Positions 50,653 through 60,227 of a stretch of DNA of 64,000 bases are shown piece after piece (position 1 is the stretch's first letter; each line of letters begins with the position of its first letter). Under the pieces are notes generated by a model. The model saw nothing but the letters and a program-made list of their open reading frames with translations. It had not been told where the DNA came from and did not search any database. Made by a program: the position numbers and the translations under genes. The stretch is from an uncultured Armatimonadetes bacterium (GTDB taxonomy: Bacteria; Armatimonadota; UBA5829; DTJY01): the NCBI GenBank assembly GCA_963717145.1, contig OY970325.1:384001-448000 (forward strand), given 5' to 3'.

Positions 50653-52593
50653 ATGGGAGGAGAGCATTTGAACAGGTTTCTCAAGAGTTTCATGGTCGCG
50701 GCGCTGGTGCTGTTCGCCATTTACATGGCCGGGCAGCCACTGGCGAAAAAGAACGCGCCCAAACAGATATCCTACGCCACTTTCTACAAGCTGATCGAGG
50801 ACGGCAAAGTCAGGTCCGGAACATTCTTCAAGGACAATCATTTTGAAGGTGTACTGGCCAATAACGACAAGATACGGGTCACTCTCTCGACATCCGATCA
50901 AGCGCGCTCCGCTCTCGAATCCGACCTGCGGAAGCATGGCACGAACTACGCCTACGACAAGCCGATGCTGTCGGACGGCCTGCAGAGCCTGCTGCTCACG
51001 TTCCTGCCCATGGTGGTCCTGATCATCTTCTTCTACATGCTGATCCTGCGTCAGGCGCAGGCCGGCGGCAATCAGGCCCTGTCGTTCGGACGAAGCCGAG
51101 CGAAGCGGCTTTCCGAGAACGTGCCCAAGGTCACATTTGATGACGTTGCGGGCATTGACGAGGCCAAGGCCGAACTCGAGGAAGTCGTCGAATTCCTGAG
51201 GAACTCCAAGAAATTCCAGGCGCTGGGGGCAAAGATTCCCAAGGGCGTACTACTTCTCGGGCCTCCCGGGTGCGGCAAGACGCTCCTGGCCCGCGCGATT
51301 GCGGGAGAAGCGGGCGTCCCGTTCTTCCACATCAGCGGTTCGGATTTCGTCGAGATGTTCGTCGGCGTCGGCGCATCGAGAGTGCGCGACCTTTTCGAGA
51401 CTGCGAAGGCCAACCGCCCAAGTCTCATCTTCATCGACGAGATCGACGCAGTCGGTCGCCAGAGAGGCGCAGGCCTCGGCGGTGGGCACGATGAGAGGGA
51501 GCAGACACTCAACCAGCTCCTCGTCGAGATGGACGGATTCGATCCGAATGCCGGCGTCATCCTGATTGCCGCGACGAACAGACCGGACGTTCTCGATCCG
51601 GCGCTGCTCAGACCGGGCAGGTTCGATCGACGCGTCACAGTGGACAACCCGGATGCCAGGGGTCGCGAGGCGATCCTCAAGGTGCATATGCGTGGAAAGC
51701 CGCTGGACAAGGACGTCAATTCCGAGAGCCTCGCACGGCGCACACCTGGATTCTCGGGTGCAGACCTGGCGAACCTCGTGAATGAGGCGGCGCTGCTTGC
51801 AGCGCGACGTGAGAAGACCAAGATCGCGATGTCGGAGTTCGAGTCCTCCGTCGACCGAGTGATCGCGGGCCCGGAGCGGAAGAGCCGCTTGATCAGTGAG
51901 AGCGAGAAGGAGATGGTCGCCTACCATGAAGTCGGCCATGCGATAGTCTCCGAACTGCTCCCGCTGGCAGATCCGGTTCACAAGGTATCGATCCTGCCGC
52001 GTGGCATGGCTCTCGGATATACGATGCAGCTTCCCCTGCAGGACAAGTACCTGACGACTCAAGGCGAGCTGCTCGATGATATCGCCGGACTCCTCGGCGG
52101 GCGTGCCGCGGAGAAGTTGATCTTCGGAGAGGCGACCACCGGCGCAAACAGCGACCTCGATCGCGCGAGTGAGATCGCCCGCGCGATGGTCTGTGAGTTC
52201 GGCATGAGCGACAATCTCGGCCCGATCACTCTGGGCAAGCGGCACGGCAACCCGTTCCTCGGGCGCGACATCATGGAAGATCGCAACTACAGCGAGGACG
52301 TAGCGAAGTCGATCGATCAGGAGATCAGGAAGATCATAGATGCCTCGTATGAGCGCGCTGAGCACCTCCTGGTCGAGAACAGGGACAAGATGGACCTGAT
52401 CGTCAAGCAACTGCTCGAGAAGGAAACCATCGAGCGCGAGGAGTTCGAGATCCTGATGTATGGCGAGAAGCGCCCGGCCAAGGATACGACGCCGAATGAG
52501 CCGATGACGGCCTCTGAGGAGCCGCAGGATGGCCAGGCGGAAAAGCCGAACAAGCAAGAGGGGAAGACTCGCCTCGAGCCGGGTGTAGCATAG
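50653..52593 (+). CDS. ftsH: ATP-dependent zinc metalloprotease FtsH
   Basis: [19 protein letters not shown]. Confidence 0.97.
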   Translation: MGGEHLNRFLKSFMVAALVLFAIYMAGQPLAKKNAPKQISYATFYKLIEDGKVRSGTFFKDNHFEGVLANNDKIRVTLSTSDQARSALESDLRKHGTNYAYDKPMLSDGLQSLLLTFLPMVVLIIFFYMLILRQAQAGGNQALSFGRSRAKRLSENVPKVTFDDVAGIDEAKAELEEVVEFLRNSKKFQALGAKIPKGVLLLGPPGCGKTLLARAIAGEAGVPFFHISGSDFVEMFVGVGASRVRDLFETAKANRPSLIFIDEIDAVGRQRGAGLGGGHDEREQTLNQLLVEMDGFDPNAGVILIAATNRPDVLDPALLRPGRFDRRVTVDNPDARGREAILKVHMRGKPLDKDVNSESLARRTPGFSGADLANLVNEAALLAARREKTKIAMSEFESSVDRVIAGPERKSRLISESEKEMVAYHEVGHAIVSELLPLADPVHKVSILPRGMALGYTMQLPLQDKYLTTQGELLDDIAGLLGGRAAEKLIFGEATTGANSDLDRASEIARAMVCEFGMSDNLGPITLGKRHGNPFLGRDIMEDRNYSEDVAKSIDQEIRKIIDASYERAEHLLVENRDKMDLIVKQLLEKETIEREEFEILMYGEKRPAKDTTPNEPMTASEEPQDGQAEKPNKQEGKTRLEPGVA

Positions 52594-52620
52594 GCACCCC
52601 GGATTGGCTTGTGATAGAGT

Positions 52621-52655
52621 AGAAGCGGCCGTCCATTGGGGCGGCCGCTTCTTTT
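52621..52655 (+). terminator. Intrinsic terminator after ftsH
   Basis: AGAAGCGGCCGTCC-ATTG-GGGCGGCCGCTTCT-TTT. Confidence 0.8.
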
Positions 52656-52662
52656 ACTGATG

Positions 52663-52775
52663 AGGGCTGTAGGGGCGATCCTTCAACGGTCGCCCGTTCG
52701 GTTTCGGCGGGCGACCGTTGAAGGATCGCCCCTACAGCCCTGGCAACATGGCCGGCACAGAGGGACGGCCACTAC
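52663..52775. repeat. GTAGGGGCG REP doublet plus a lone GTAGTGGCC REP arm
   Basis: 33-bp inverted arms 52663-52695 and 52709-52741. Confidence 0.88.
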
Positions 52776-52790
52776 AGACAGAGCACCGAT

Positions 52791-53678
52791 ATGCAACAGA
52801 TCATCCAATCCGCGCCGAATTTCAGCGAAGGACGTGACCGGGCGACGATCGAGGCGATTGCCGATGCCTTCCGATCCGTGGAGGCAGTCCGACTCATCGA
52901 CCACTCGTCTGATGTCGATCACAACCGGTCGGTCTATACGATCCTCGGCGGTCCGGTAGCGGTCAGAGCCGCCATATTCGCCGCCGTATCCGAAGCCATC
53001 AAGCTGATCGACTTGGGGGAACACCAGGGCGGCCACCCCCGCATCGGCGCGGCGGATGTCATTCCGCTCGTCCCGCTCAGAAACATCACCATGCGGGAAT
53101 GTGTCGAGGCCTCCTACCTGATCGGCGAGGACCTGTCCTCCCTTGGCATTCCGGTCTACTACTACGAGCAATCGGCGAGTCGGCTGCATCGCACGAATCT
53201 GGCCGATGTCCGTCGCGGTGGATTCGAGCGCCTCTGCACCGTCCGCCTTGAGGGCGAGTGCGAGCCGGACGCCGGACCGCGTGCGGTCCATCCCAGTGCG
53301 GGAGCGACCGCCGTCGGCGCGCGAGGTCCTCTGGTCGCCTACAACATCAACCTCGACAGCGAAGACATCGATGCGGCCCGTCAGATCGCTCGCGATACCC
53401 GGGCGCACCGATCCGGGCTCGTCGGCGTCAAGGCGATAGGCGTGTGGCTGGCAAGCAGGTCTGTCGCCCAGGTTTCGATGAACATCACCCGGCCCGACCA
53501 GGTTACGCTGAAGCGCGTGTTCGAGTATGTCAGCGACCGAGCGGCCGAACGCGGAATCAGTGTGTTGGAGAGCGAGGTCATCGGCGCCATCCCGCGGAAA
53601 GCCCTCGAAGCAACGACCCCGGAAGCGCTAAGAATCGCCGGATTCAAAGACACGCAGGTCCTCGAGACCTGGCTGTAA
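52791..53678 (+). CDS. ftcD: Glutamate formimidoyltransferase
   Basis: PNFSEGR, DHNRSV, HPRIGA.D. Confidence 0.9.
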   Translation: MQQIIQSAPNFSEGRDRATIEAIADAFRSVEAVRLIDHSSDVDHNRSVYTILGGPVAVRAAIFAAVSEAIKLIDLGEHQGGHPRIGAADVIPLVPLRNITMRECVEASYLIGEDLSSLGIPVYYYEQSASRLHRTNLADVRRGGFERLCTVRLEGECEPDAGPRAVHPSAGATAVGARGPLVAYNINLDSEDIDAARQIARDTRAHRSGLVGVKAIGVWLASRSVAQVSMNITRPDQVTLKRVFEYVSDRAAERGISVLESEVIGAIPRKALEATTPEALRIAGFKDTQVLETWL

Positions 53679-53870
53679 ACGCTGTGCGCACCCACCAGTA
53701 TTCTGCTCGCATATTCTTCCTGCCTTGGGAAAAAGGAATACCCGCGATCAGCGTAGAAACCAGAAACGGATTCTCGGCACATGAGCATGCGGACGGCGAC
53801 TAATCGAGTGCAAGTCTGGGTATGGAATTATCGGCTGTGTGCCTGATATGAGAGAATAGAGGTCTAGACG

Positions 53871-54638
53871 GTGAAGACGATAAGTGGTATCGGAGCCCAT
53901 CTGGAGCGGGCGAAGCTGCTGCGCGAAGAGGGCGACCTCGAAGGCGCGATTGCGTCGCTGCAGAAAGCGCTGAAGTCGGTCGGCGACAAGTCGCCCGTCT
54001 ATCTCGAGCTTGCCGATCTGTATCGCGACCAGCGGAAGTCCGGGATGGCGATCGAGGCGATGCGCAAGGCGATCAAACGCCGTCCGAACGACGTGCAGGT
54101 TCGTGAGACGCTCCTCGAGATGCTGCTCGAGATCGGCCGGTTCGACGACTGCATCGAAGAGAGCAAGGCGCTCCTCAAGTTGAGTCCCAAGAGCCTGAGC
54201 GCGCGGGATGTCCTCAGCATCGCCTATATCCAGAAAGACATGATCGAGAGGGCGATGCAGGTCACCAACGAGATGATCAACCTGGACCCCAGTTCGCCGG
54301 GAAACCATTTCAAGAAGGCACTGCTCTACCAGCAGAAGGACGACATCGGGAATGCGATCCATGAGTTCACCCGCGTTCTCGAGATGGGTGCCGACGATGA
54401 ACTGGCGGAAGGCGCTCAGCAGGCGATCGAGGTGCTCGACCAGTTGCAGATCCGGCACATCGTGATGCTGGCGGTCGAGGACTTCATATTCCGGGCCAAG
54501 CTGATGCGCGATCCGGAGTCGGCGGCCCTCGAGCGGGGTTTCAGCCTCAGTTACATGGGGATGTCGATGCTCAAACAGATCGAGTTCGACGAGCTGTCCG
54601 ACGTCTGGAGCGAATGGAAGCAGAGGTTCTACCATTGA
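53871..54638 (+). CDS. TPR protein with short C-terminal helical domain
   Basis: About five TPR-like repeats, then LAVEDFIFRAKLMRDPE. Confidence 0.75.
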   Translation: MKTISGIGAHLERAKLLREEGDLEGAIASLQKALKSVGDKSPVYLELADLYRDQRKSGMAIEAMRKAIKRRPNDVQVRETLLEMLLEIGRFDDCIEESKALLKLSPKSLSARDVLSIAYIQKDMIERAMQVTNEMINLDPSSPGNHFKKALLYQQKDDIGNAIHEFTRVLEMGADDELAEGAQQAIEVLDQLQIRHIVMLAVEDFIFRAKLMRDPESAALERGFSLSYMGMSMLKQIEFDELSDVWSEWKQRFYH

Positions 54639-54641
54639 GCA

Positions 54642-54710
54642 CTGACCCCGGATGACCCTCACCCCAACCCTCTGAGGGAGAGGGTTGGGGTGAGGGTCAT
54701 CCGGGGTCAG
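54642..54710. repeat. CCCTCACCCC-type palindrome
   Basis: 32-bp perfect arms; relative at 60104-60204. Confidence 0.9.
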
Positions 54711-54759
54711 CGCGGTATCCGCTCGTGCAGCGCCGGACCAACGGGAGGGTTCAGTTCTC

Positions 54760-56004
54760 GTGACTGAGCAGGGACAGAGCGACAGATACAACGTCCGGAT
54801 CCATACCACACAACGAACCGCGGAACTGGCGGCCATGATGACGAGAGTCGGGGCGGAACCGCCCGGAGTAGCCAGGATGGTCCCAAAGGCGGTTCATTAT
54901 GTTGTGGAGGTACATGGCGTCCGCACGCCTGCCGCTCTGATCATGAAGGAGGAGATGCTCTCCAAGGGCGGGGACGCCGCCATCCACCGCGACTGCATCA
55001 CGGGAGGGGGCGATCGCTCTGACGTGATCCTCATGGGCAGTGAGAAGGCGTTTCGCCGTGTGATCGCGGCTCTTCCGGTCCAGCCATTCTCCCTCAAACG
55101 GATTGCGCGAGAGATCCAGGAGGCCATCGACGGCTTCAATCGCGTGGACTTCCGCCGCCCACCGGATGACCTCCCTTCTGATTCCATCCACAGGCTCTAC
55201 GATACCATCTCAGAGCGCACGGTCATCATGGGCATCCTCAATCTTACGCCCGATTCGTTCTCCGATGGCGGACTCCATGCGAGCGTCGATGCTGCCGTCG
55301 AGCATGGGATGCGCATGATCGGTGACGGCGCGGACATCATCGACATCGGCGGCGAGTCGAGCCGTCCGGGAGCCGATCCGGTTTCCATCGACGAGGAGAT
55401 GTCGCGCGTTCTGCCGGTGATCGAGAGATTCGCTCCCAAGACGTTGGTCTCGGTGGATACGTGCAAGCCTGAGGTCGCACGGGCCGCTCTCGATGCCGGG
55501 GCGCACATCGTCAACGACATCACCGGCCTGTCGGAACCGGCAATGAGAGAGCTCGTGGCCGAGCGGAAGTGTCCTGCGGTGATGATGCACATGAAGGGCA
55601 CCCCTCAGACGATGCAGCAGGAGGCGGCCTACGACGACGTGACCTCCGAGGTGATGGCGTATCTCCGCGAGCGGATCGCGTTGGCGGTCGAGGCCGGCAT
55701 CGCGCGGGAGCTGCTGATCGTCGATCCAGGGATCGGTTTCGCGAAAACGACCGAGCACAATATGGAGATCATCCGCAACTTGGGCGACTTCAGGTCGCTC
55801 GGACTTCCCATCCTCATCGGCACGTCACGCAAGCGGTTCATCGGTCAGGTGCTCGGCGATCTCCCCGCAAACGAGCGGGTCGAGGGCACGGCCGCGACGG
55901 TCGCGCTCAGCGTCGCCAACGGAGCGAACGTCATCCGCGTCCATGATGTGAAGGAGATGTCCCGAGTGGCCCGAATGACGGATGCGATTGTCCGGGGCAG
56001 GTAG
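54760..56004 (+). CDS. folP: Dihydropteroate synthase, long form with N-terminal extension
   Basis: MGILNLTPDSFSDGG, IGGESSRPG, SRKRF, RVHDV. Confidence 0.93.
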   Translation: MTEQGQSDRYNVRIHTTQRTAELAAMMTRVGAEPPGVARMVPKAVHYVVEVHGVRTPAALIMKEEMLSKGGDAAIHRDCITGGGDRSDVILMGSEKAFRRVIAALPVQPFSLKRIAREIQEAIDGFNRVDFRRPPDDLPSDSIHRLYDTISERTVIMGILNLTPDSFSDGGLHASVDAAVEHGMRMIGDGADIIDIGGESSRPGADPVSIDEEMSRVLPVIERFAPKTLVSVDTCKPEVARAALDAGAHIVNDITGLSEPAMRELVAERKCPAVMMHMKGTPQTMQQEAAYDDVTSEVMAYLRERIALAVEAGIARELLIVDPGIGFAKTTEHNMEIIRNLGDFRSLGLPILIGTSRKRFIGQVLGDLPANERVEGTAATVALSVANGANVIRVHDVKEMSRVARMTDAIVRGR

Positions 56005-56010
56005 GACAAT

Positions 56011-57051
56011 CTACCGCGTCATCTTTTTCCGTCCTCGCAGCAGCAGGAATCCGACTCCTCCTGCGAGCGCGAGCAACGACGATGGTTCGGGAACCATGGT
56101 TGAGAGATAGATATCCGTGCGCCGTTCGGTGCCTTCTCCTGCCCAAGCTACCTTATTGCCGTACACGGAAGGGCTCCAGCCATAAGTGCTTTCACTAACG
56201 CGGCTGATGCCGTGAACAGGATCGAAAGACCGGACCCGGGCCAGATCGATCCCACTCTGCCACACGACCAAGTCGCCCCATAGCTGCGTATATTGGACTT
56301 GAGACCACTCGGTGAACCAATGTTCAGCAAGCGTCCTCCACCCCCCTGCTGGTGTCCATTCATTAAGGTAACCTGGTATCAGATCATAGCCATTGCCGTT
56401 CCAATGATCGTAGCCAAGCGACCAGGCGACCACCTTGTCCTCATACACGGCGGGCGATATCCCACTCCCCAGGTTTACCGCTCCTCCTTCCGCAGTCCAC
56501 ATATACGTCCCGTGCTGGCTGTCATCCCAGACCACGCGGTTTCCCCAGATCTTTGGATCTTCCTGCCACGTGTTGCTCGGGAACAGCGCTCTATTGCCGT
56601 TTATGGGGTCATACATGTAGACCTGCGGTCTGCCGCTCTCCCAATTCTCATAGACAACGGTGTCGCCGAAGATGGATGCGTCGTATTGATCTCCCGGCGC
56701 GGTGCTTATCGGCCTCTCGCCGTTGATGGGATCATAGATATACAGATCGAGTTGGTCGTTCACGTAGTGGTTCGTCACCAGCTTGTCTCCATACACGGCG
56801 TTTATATTCCGATTTACGCCATCGCCGCCCAGCAGTCGTCTTGATGCCTGAGCCTGATCCCGAACGTAGATTTCCCCGTAGCTGCTCTCCCAGCTAGCAT
56901 AGTAGAGGTTGTCTCCCCAGACTTTCGGTGTATGTTCAGCCCATGGCGTGTTGGTGATCCTTTGTTCCTGCCATATCTGCTGGGAGAACGCATGCGTGGA
57001 GAGGATGGCCCCAAGAGTGAGGGCCAGGAGGGTAATGCGAGTCGTCTTCAT
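56011..57051 (-). CDS. PEP-CTERM protein with beta-propeller-like repeats
   Basis: Signal peptide; P..wG..vv repeats; VPEPSSLLAL..TM..RGRKK. Confidence 0.88.
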   Translation of the reverse strand: MKTTRITLLALTLGAILSTHAFSQQIWQEQRITNTPWAEHTPKVWGDNLYYASWESSYGEIYVRDQAQASRRLLGGDGVNRNINAVYGDKLVTNHYVNDQLDLYIYDPINGERPISTAPGDQYDASIFGDTVVYENWESGRPQVYMYDPINGNRALFPSNTWQEDPKIWGNRVVWDDSQHGTYMWTAEGGAVNLGSGISPAVYEDKVVAWSLGYDHWNGNGYDLIPGYLNEWTPAGGWRTLAEHWFTEWSQVQYTQLWGDLVVWQSGIDLARVRSFDPVHGISRVSESTYGWSPSVYGNKVAWAGEGTERRTDIYLSTMVPEPSSLLALAGGVGFLLLRGRKKMTR

Positions 57052-57180
57052 TCGTGTACCGCCTTCCGTTCGGTGTGCTGGTACTGCTGAAAACCTTCCG
57101 CTACTATGTGAGACACTGCTTGGCCGCAAAAGGTTAGGCCGTTGAAGTGGAAAAGCCGGCAAACCTCACAGTACTCTATC

Positions 57181-57196
57181 TGCAAGATTCGTGCCA
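57181..57196 (-). promoter_or_regulatory. Sigma54 (-24/-12) promoter
   Basis: TGGCACGAATCTTGCA. Confidence 0.85.
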
Positions 57197-57277
57197 GTTA
57201 CGCGTTTGTCGGCATATCTACGGAAAGTCGTCGTTGGGGCAGGCGATCGACGTGCTGGGCGATCGTGCGCGGTGTCG

Positions 57278-57344
57278 TGTAGTGGCCGTGCCTCTGTGCC
57301 GGCCATATCACGTTGCAGGCCGGCACAGAGGCACGGCCACTACA
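57278..57344. repeat. GTAG-type REP doublet
   Basis: TGTAGTGGCCGTGCCTCTGTGCCGGCC and its reverse complement. Confidence 0.9.
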
Positions 57345-57347
57345 TGC

Positions 57348-57992
57348 TCAGTAGAGCCCTTCGAGGAGCACTTCGCGGCCGAGAGGGATGACCTCGCAGT
57401 ACTTCCACAGGCTGTCCAGGAAGCAGCGGTTGGCGCACAGTCCGCCGGAGACGTAGAGCCTCTCGGGCTTCTGCGCGAAGGTGTGGACGTTGAACGCGAT
57501 GCCGTGAACGAACGCCGCGAGCGCATCCTCCGCCAAGCCCCCGTGGATGATCGCGTCGAAAATCCTCTCGATGGCGAACACCCCGCAGGTCACCGGCAGG
57601 CGCTGATCCGAGACCGGCAGCCTGCTGTAGTCCACCTTGTAGTACTCGCCGAGCAGCTCCAGCGTGAACCCCGTCGTCGCCCCGCACGCCTGGTTCCAGT
57701 CGAGCTTGTCGAGCTTGCGATCGGTGAACCGAACGTACTTCGTGTCCCGGCAGCCGATGTCCACCACCGTGAAGTTGTCCTCGTGTACCAGCTTGAGGCT
57801 CCCCTGTGCGAGGGCGACAAGCTCGTTCTCGTAGCAGTCGGTCCGTCCACGTCCGAGGTGCCCGGTCGCGACATCGAAGCGGATCGACTCGTCGGCCAGG
57901 ACCTGGCGTGTCGGCGCAATAAGAACTTCATTCACCTCGAGGTTCTTGATCTTGCTCCACGAACTTCCACAGTCAGCAATCACAGTAGGCAT
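57348..57992 (-). CDS. 2-hydroxyacyl-CoA dehydratase activase-like ATPase (short)
   Basis: DCGSSWSK, ATG, VDIG.RDTK, N..CGA.TG, CGVFA, SGG. Confidence 0.8.
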   Translation of the reverse strand: MPTVIADCGSSWSKIKNLEVNEVLIAPTRQVLADESIRFDVATGHLGRGRTDCYENELVALAQGSLKLVHEDNFTVVDIGCRDTKYVRFTDRKLDKLDWNQACGATTGFTLELLGEYYKVDYSRLPVSDQRLPVTCGVFAIERIFDAIIHGGLAEDALAAFVHGIAFNVHTFAQKPERLYVSGGLCANRCFLDSLWKYCEVIPLGREVLLEGLY

Positions 57993-58013
57993 GGTTGATG
58001 GTTAATGGTCTAT

Positions 58014-59085
58014 TGTCCAGTCTCATGACATTATGAACACCGTGGGTTGAAAAGAAGGAGGTGCATGCGGTAGTCTCTTTGATGATCGCCAAACCAAAAA
58101 AGGAGACCACTCGCATGCAGATCCATTCTAACGCAACCAGCAATATGAAGCAACGGCGGTTTTTCAGGCAGAGTCCCAAGAGCTGCAGAAAGCTCGCAGA
58201 TATCTGCCATGTATCGCCGGCAACAGTCTGCAAATGGAAGGCCCGGGGTGACCAGCAAGACCGCAGCAGTCGGCCCAGGAAGATCCATTATGCATTCAGC
58301 CCCGAAGAGGAGGAGATCATCCTCTCGCTCCGGGACAAAGGTCTAGCACTCGATGCACTGGTGCGTGCAGTAGTCACAGTTCTGCCGAATGCAGAACGCG
58401 CCAGTATACATCGCTTACTGAGCAGAAAAGGGGTGAGCAGACTCCCCCAGTACCAAAAAGAAAAGAGAGAAAGTCCAGGCAAGTTCAAAGAGTATCTGCC
58501 TGGATACCTTCACATAGACTGTTTCTACCTGCCCAAGATCGGGGGCAAGAGGAAGTATTGCTTCGTTGCGGTAGACAGAGCAACAAGGCTAGCCTTCCTC
58601 CAGGTGTACGACAACCTAACCAAGGAATCCGCAGTGGGCTTCCTTGGACTGTGCATGTGGTTCTATCCGTTCATGATCCACAAGATCCTGACAGACAACG
58701 GTAGAGAGTTCACTCTGGCCAATTGGAGCCGTTGGGGCAGTCCGGCGAAGAGACCTCACTTCTTTGATGAAGTATGCTCAGCCTGTGGTATTGAACACAG
58801 GCTCACCCGGCCGTATACACCAAAGACCAACGGTCTGGTGGAACGCATGAACGGACTGATCCAGGAGGGCACGTACAAGATGCACAGATATCCTGGATAT
58901 CCGGAGTTGATAGATGGACTCCACCAGTGGCTGACCATCTACAATCTAAGGAGACAGCACAGCGCGATCGGTGGCAAGACACCCTATGAGAAGGTCTGCG
59001 ACTGGTACGCGCAAAGACCAGATCTGTTTATCAAAGAGCCTACCGACTTACTGAACTACCGTTCACAACGTGGTGGGACTTGACA
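58014..59085 (+). mobile_element. IS481-family insertion sequence (1072 bp)
   Basis: TGT...ACA ends; 25-bp IRs match 19/25; single transposase whose stop lies in the right IR; no perfect TSD. Confidence 0.9.
58115..59083 (+). CDS. IS481 transposase
   Basis: IHSNA, PGYLHID, LTDNGREF, PKTNGLVERMN. Confidence 0.92.
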   Translation: MQIHSNATSNMKQRRFFRQSPKSCRKLADICHVSPATVCKWKARGDQQDRSSRPRKIHYAFSPEEEEIILSLRDKGLALDALVRAVVTVLPNAERASIHRLLSRKGVSRLPQYQKEKRESPGKFKEYLPGYLHIDCFYLPKIGGKRKYCFVAVDRATRLAFLQVYDNLTKESAVGFLGLCMWFYPFMIHKILTDNGREFTLANWSRWGSPAKRPHFFDEVCSACGIEHRLTRPYTPKTNGLVERMNGLIQEGTYKMHRYPGYPELIDGLHQWLTIYNLRRQHSAIGGKTPYEKVCDWYAQRPDLFIKEPTDLLNYRSQRGGT

Positions 59086-59148
59086 GTTGATGGTTCATGG
59101 TTAATGGGGAATGGGAATGGGAAATGAGACTTGGTCTGCCATCAACCA

Positions 59149-59880
59149 TCAACCATTTCCCCGTAGTCTGACGAACGCCGAGACCTTCGCGACTACGCTG
59201 TTTGTCACCGGGCCGTCGCAGTCCACATACAGGCCGTGGTGCTTCTCGGCCAGATACCGCGCCAGGCTGTTTTTCGCACAGAACGACTGCGCGTAGAAGA
59301 CCGTCGGGACAGCCGGATCGACCTCCATCTCGAGTTCGAGGTCGGCTGGCGCCCCGGCCTCGACGCACCTCGACCAGCCGTAGACGTGAGTCGTATCCGG
59401 GAAGAGTCGCAGCAGATCGAAGTCGTGCGGAGGAACGCCCCAGAACCCGTGAGTCGGCTCGACCCACTTGTGCCGCTTGCGGTTCGGTGCGACCACCGTA
59501 TTGGTGATCCGTTTGATCTTCTCCACGAGCGGCAATCCGCACGTCGAGATCGTGATCGGCCCCCGCTCCGTCTCGGTGTTGCGTGTCTCCACGATCGGAA
59601 AGCCCAAGTCGCTCAGGATGATAGCCGCGAACCGTCCGCCGTCGCATTTATCCTCGCCGATCGCTGCGATGATGATTCGAAGCTCCTTGCGGAGGTGGAC
59701 CGAGTTGTCCACGATGTTGGTGATGATCTGGCAGTACGCATCCGGCACAAGGCCGCACGGAGGCGCGCTCATGTCCAGGTCCAGGTCGATGAACTCATCG
59801 AACGGGTGCTTGCGCCTGTACTGATCTATCACCTGTCGGGGAGGCACTCCCCAGTAGCCGATTAGCTTTGACTGAGCCAT
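59149..59880 (-). CDS. Cys-rich hypothetical protein, partner of the activase
   Basis: G(Y/F)WGVPP twice; YC, DKC, RC, FC cysteines; co-oriented with the activase across the IS. Confidence 0.7.
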   Translation of the reverse strand: MAQSKLIGYWGVPPRQVIDQYRRKHPFDEFIDLDLDMSAPPCGLVPDAYCQIITNIVDNSVHLRKELRIIIAAIGEDKCDGGRFAAIILSDLGFPIVETRNTETERGPITISTCGLPLVEKIKRITNTVVAPNRKRHKWVEPTHGFWGVPPHDFDLLRLFPDTTHVYGWSRCVEAGAPADLELEMEVDPAVPTVFYAQSFCAKNSLARYLAEKHHGLYVDCDGPVTNSVVAKVSAFVRLRGNG

Positions 59881-59925
59881 ATGATCCGCGCGTAGTATAG
59901 CACGCGGCCCCTTCGGCAGTCCATC

Positions 59926-59955
59926 TTGACCGAGAGGGCCGATACAGGCTATAAT
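59926..59955 (+). promoter_or_regulatory. Sigma70 promoter of tRNA-Gln
   Basis: TTGACC-18 nt-TATAAT. Confidence 0.75.
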
Positions 59956-59965
59956 GCAGTAGCAT

Positions 59966-60039
59966 TCCGGGGTCGTCCAACGGCAGGACACGGGCCTTTG
60001 GAGCCCGGTATTCAGGTTCGAATCCTGACCCCGGAGCCA
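59966..60039 (+). tRNA. tRNA-Gln(UUG)
   Basis: Acceptor TCCGGGG/CCCCGGA; anticodon arm CGGGC-CT TTG GA-GCCCG; T-arm TCAGG-TTCGAAT-CCTGA; encoded CCA. Confidence 0.95.
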
Positions 60040-60103
60040 CATCTTTCACCCCAACTCCCACCACCGCTTGACACATCCGACGCTTCCTGCCATCATCGGT
60101 GTG

Positions 60104-60204
60104 CGGACCCTCACCCCCGACCCCTCTCCCTCAGAAGGGCGAGGGGAGCAGCTTGCAGTCCCCCCTCGCCCTTCTGAGGGAGAGGGGTCGGGGGTGAGGG
60201 TCCG
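60104..60204. repeat. CCCTCACCCC-type palindrome
   Basis: 43-bp perfect arms 60104-60146 and 60162-60204. Confidence 0.9.
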
Positions 60205-60227
60205 TGCCAAAGGGAGGAATCGAACCA

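Noticed and set aside
270-52557. Long antisense ORFs such as 270-1499, 42870-44477 and 51250-52557
   Set aside because: Typical high-GC shadows opposite well-identified genes.
53679-53870. 190-bp intergenic region as an ncRNA
   Set aside because: No recognisable motif or strong structure by eye; would need an Infernal search.
54642-54652. CTGACCCCGGA matching the tRNA-Gln 3' end as an att site
   Set aside because: Only 11 bp, part of a palindrome arm, no integrase, and the interval contains housekeeping folP.
59881-60042. N-terminal extension of ORF 59149-60042
   Set aside because: It is the antisense of tRNA-Gln and its promoter; real start is ATG 59880.
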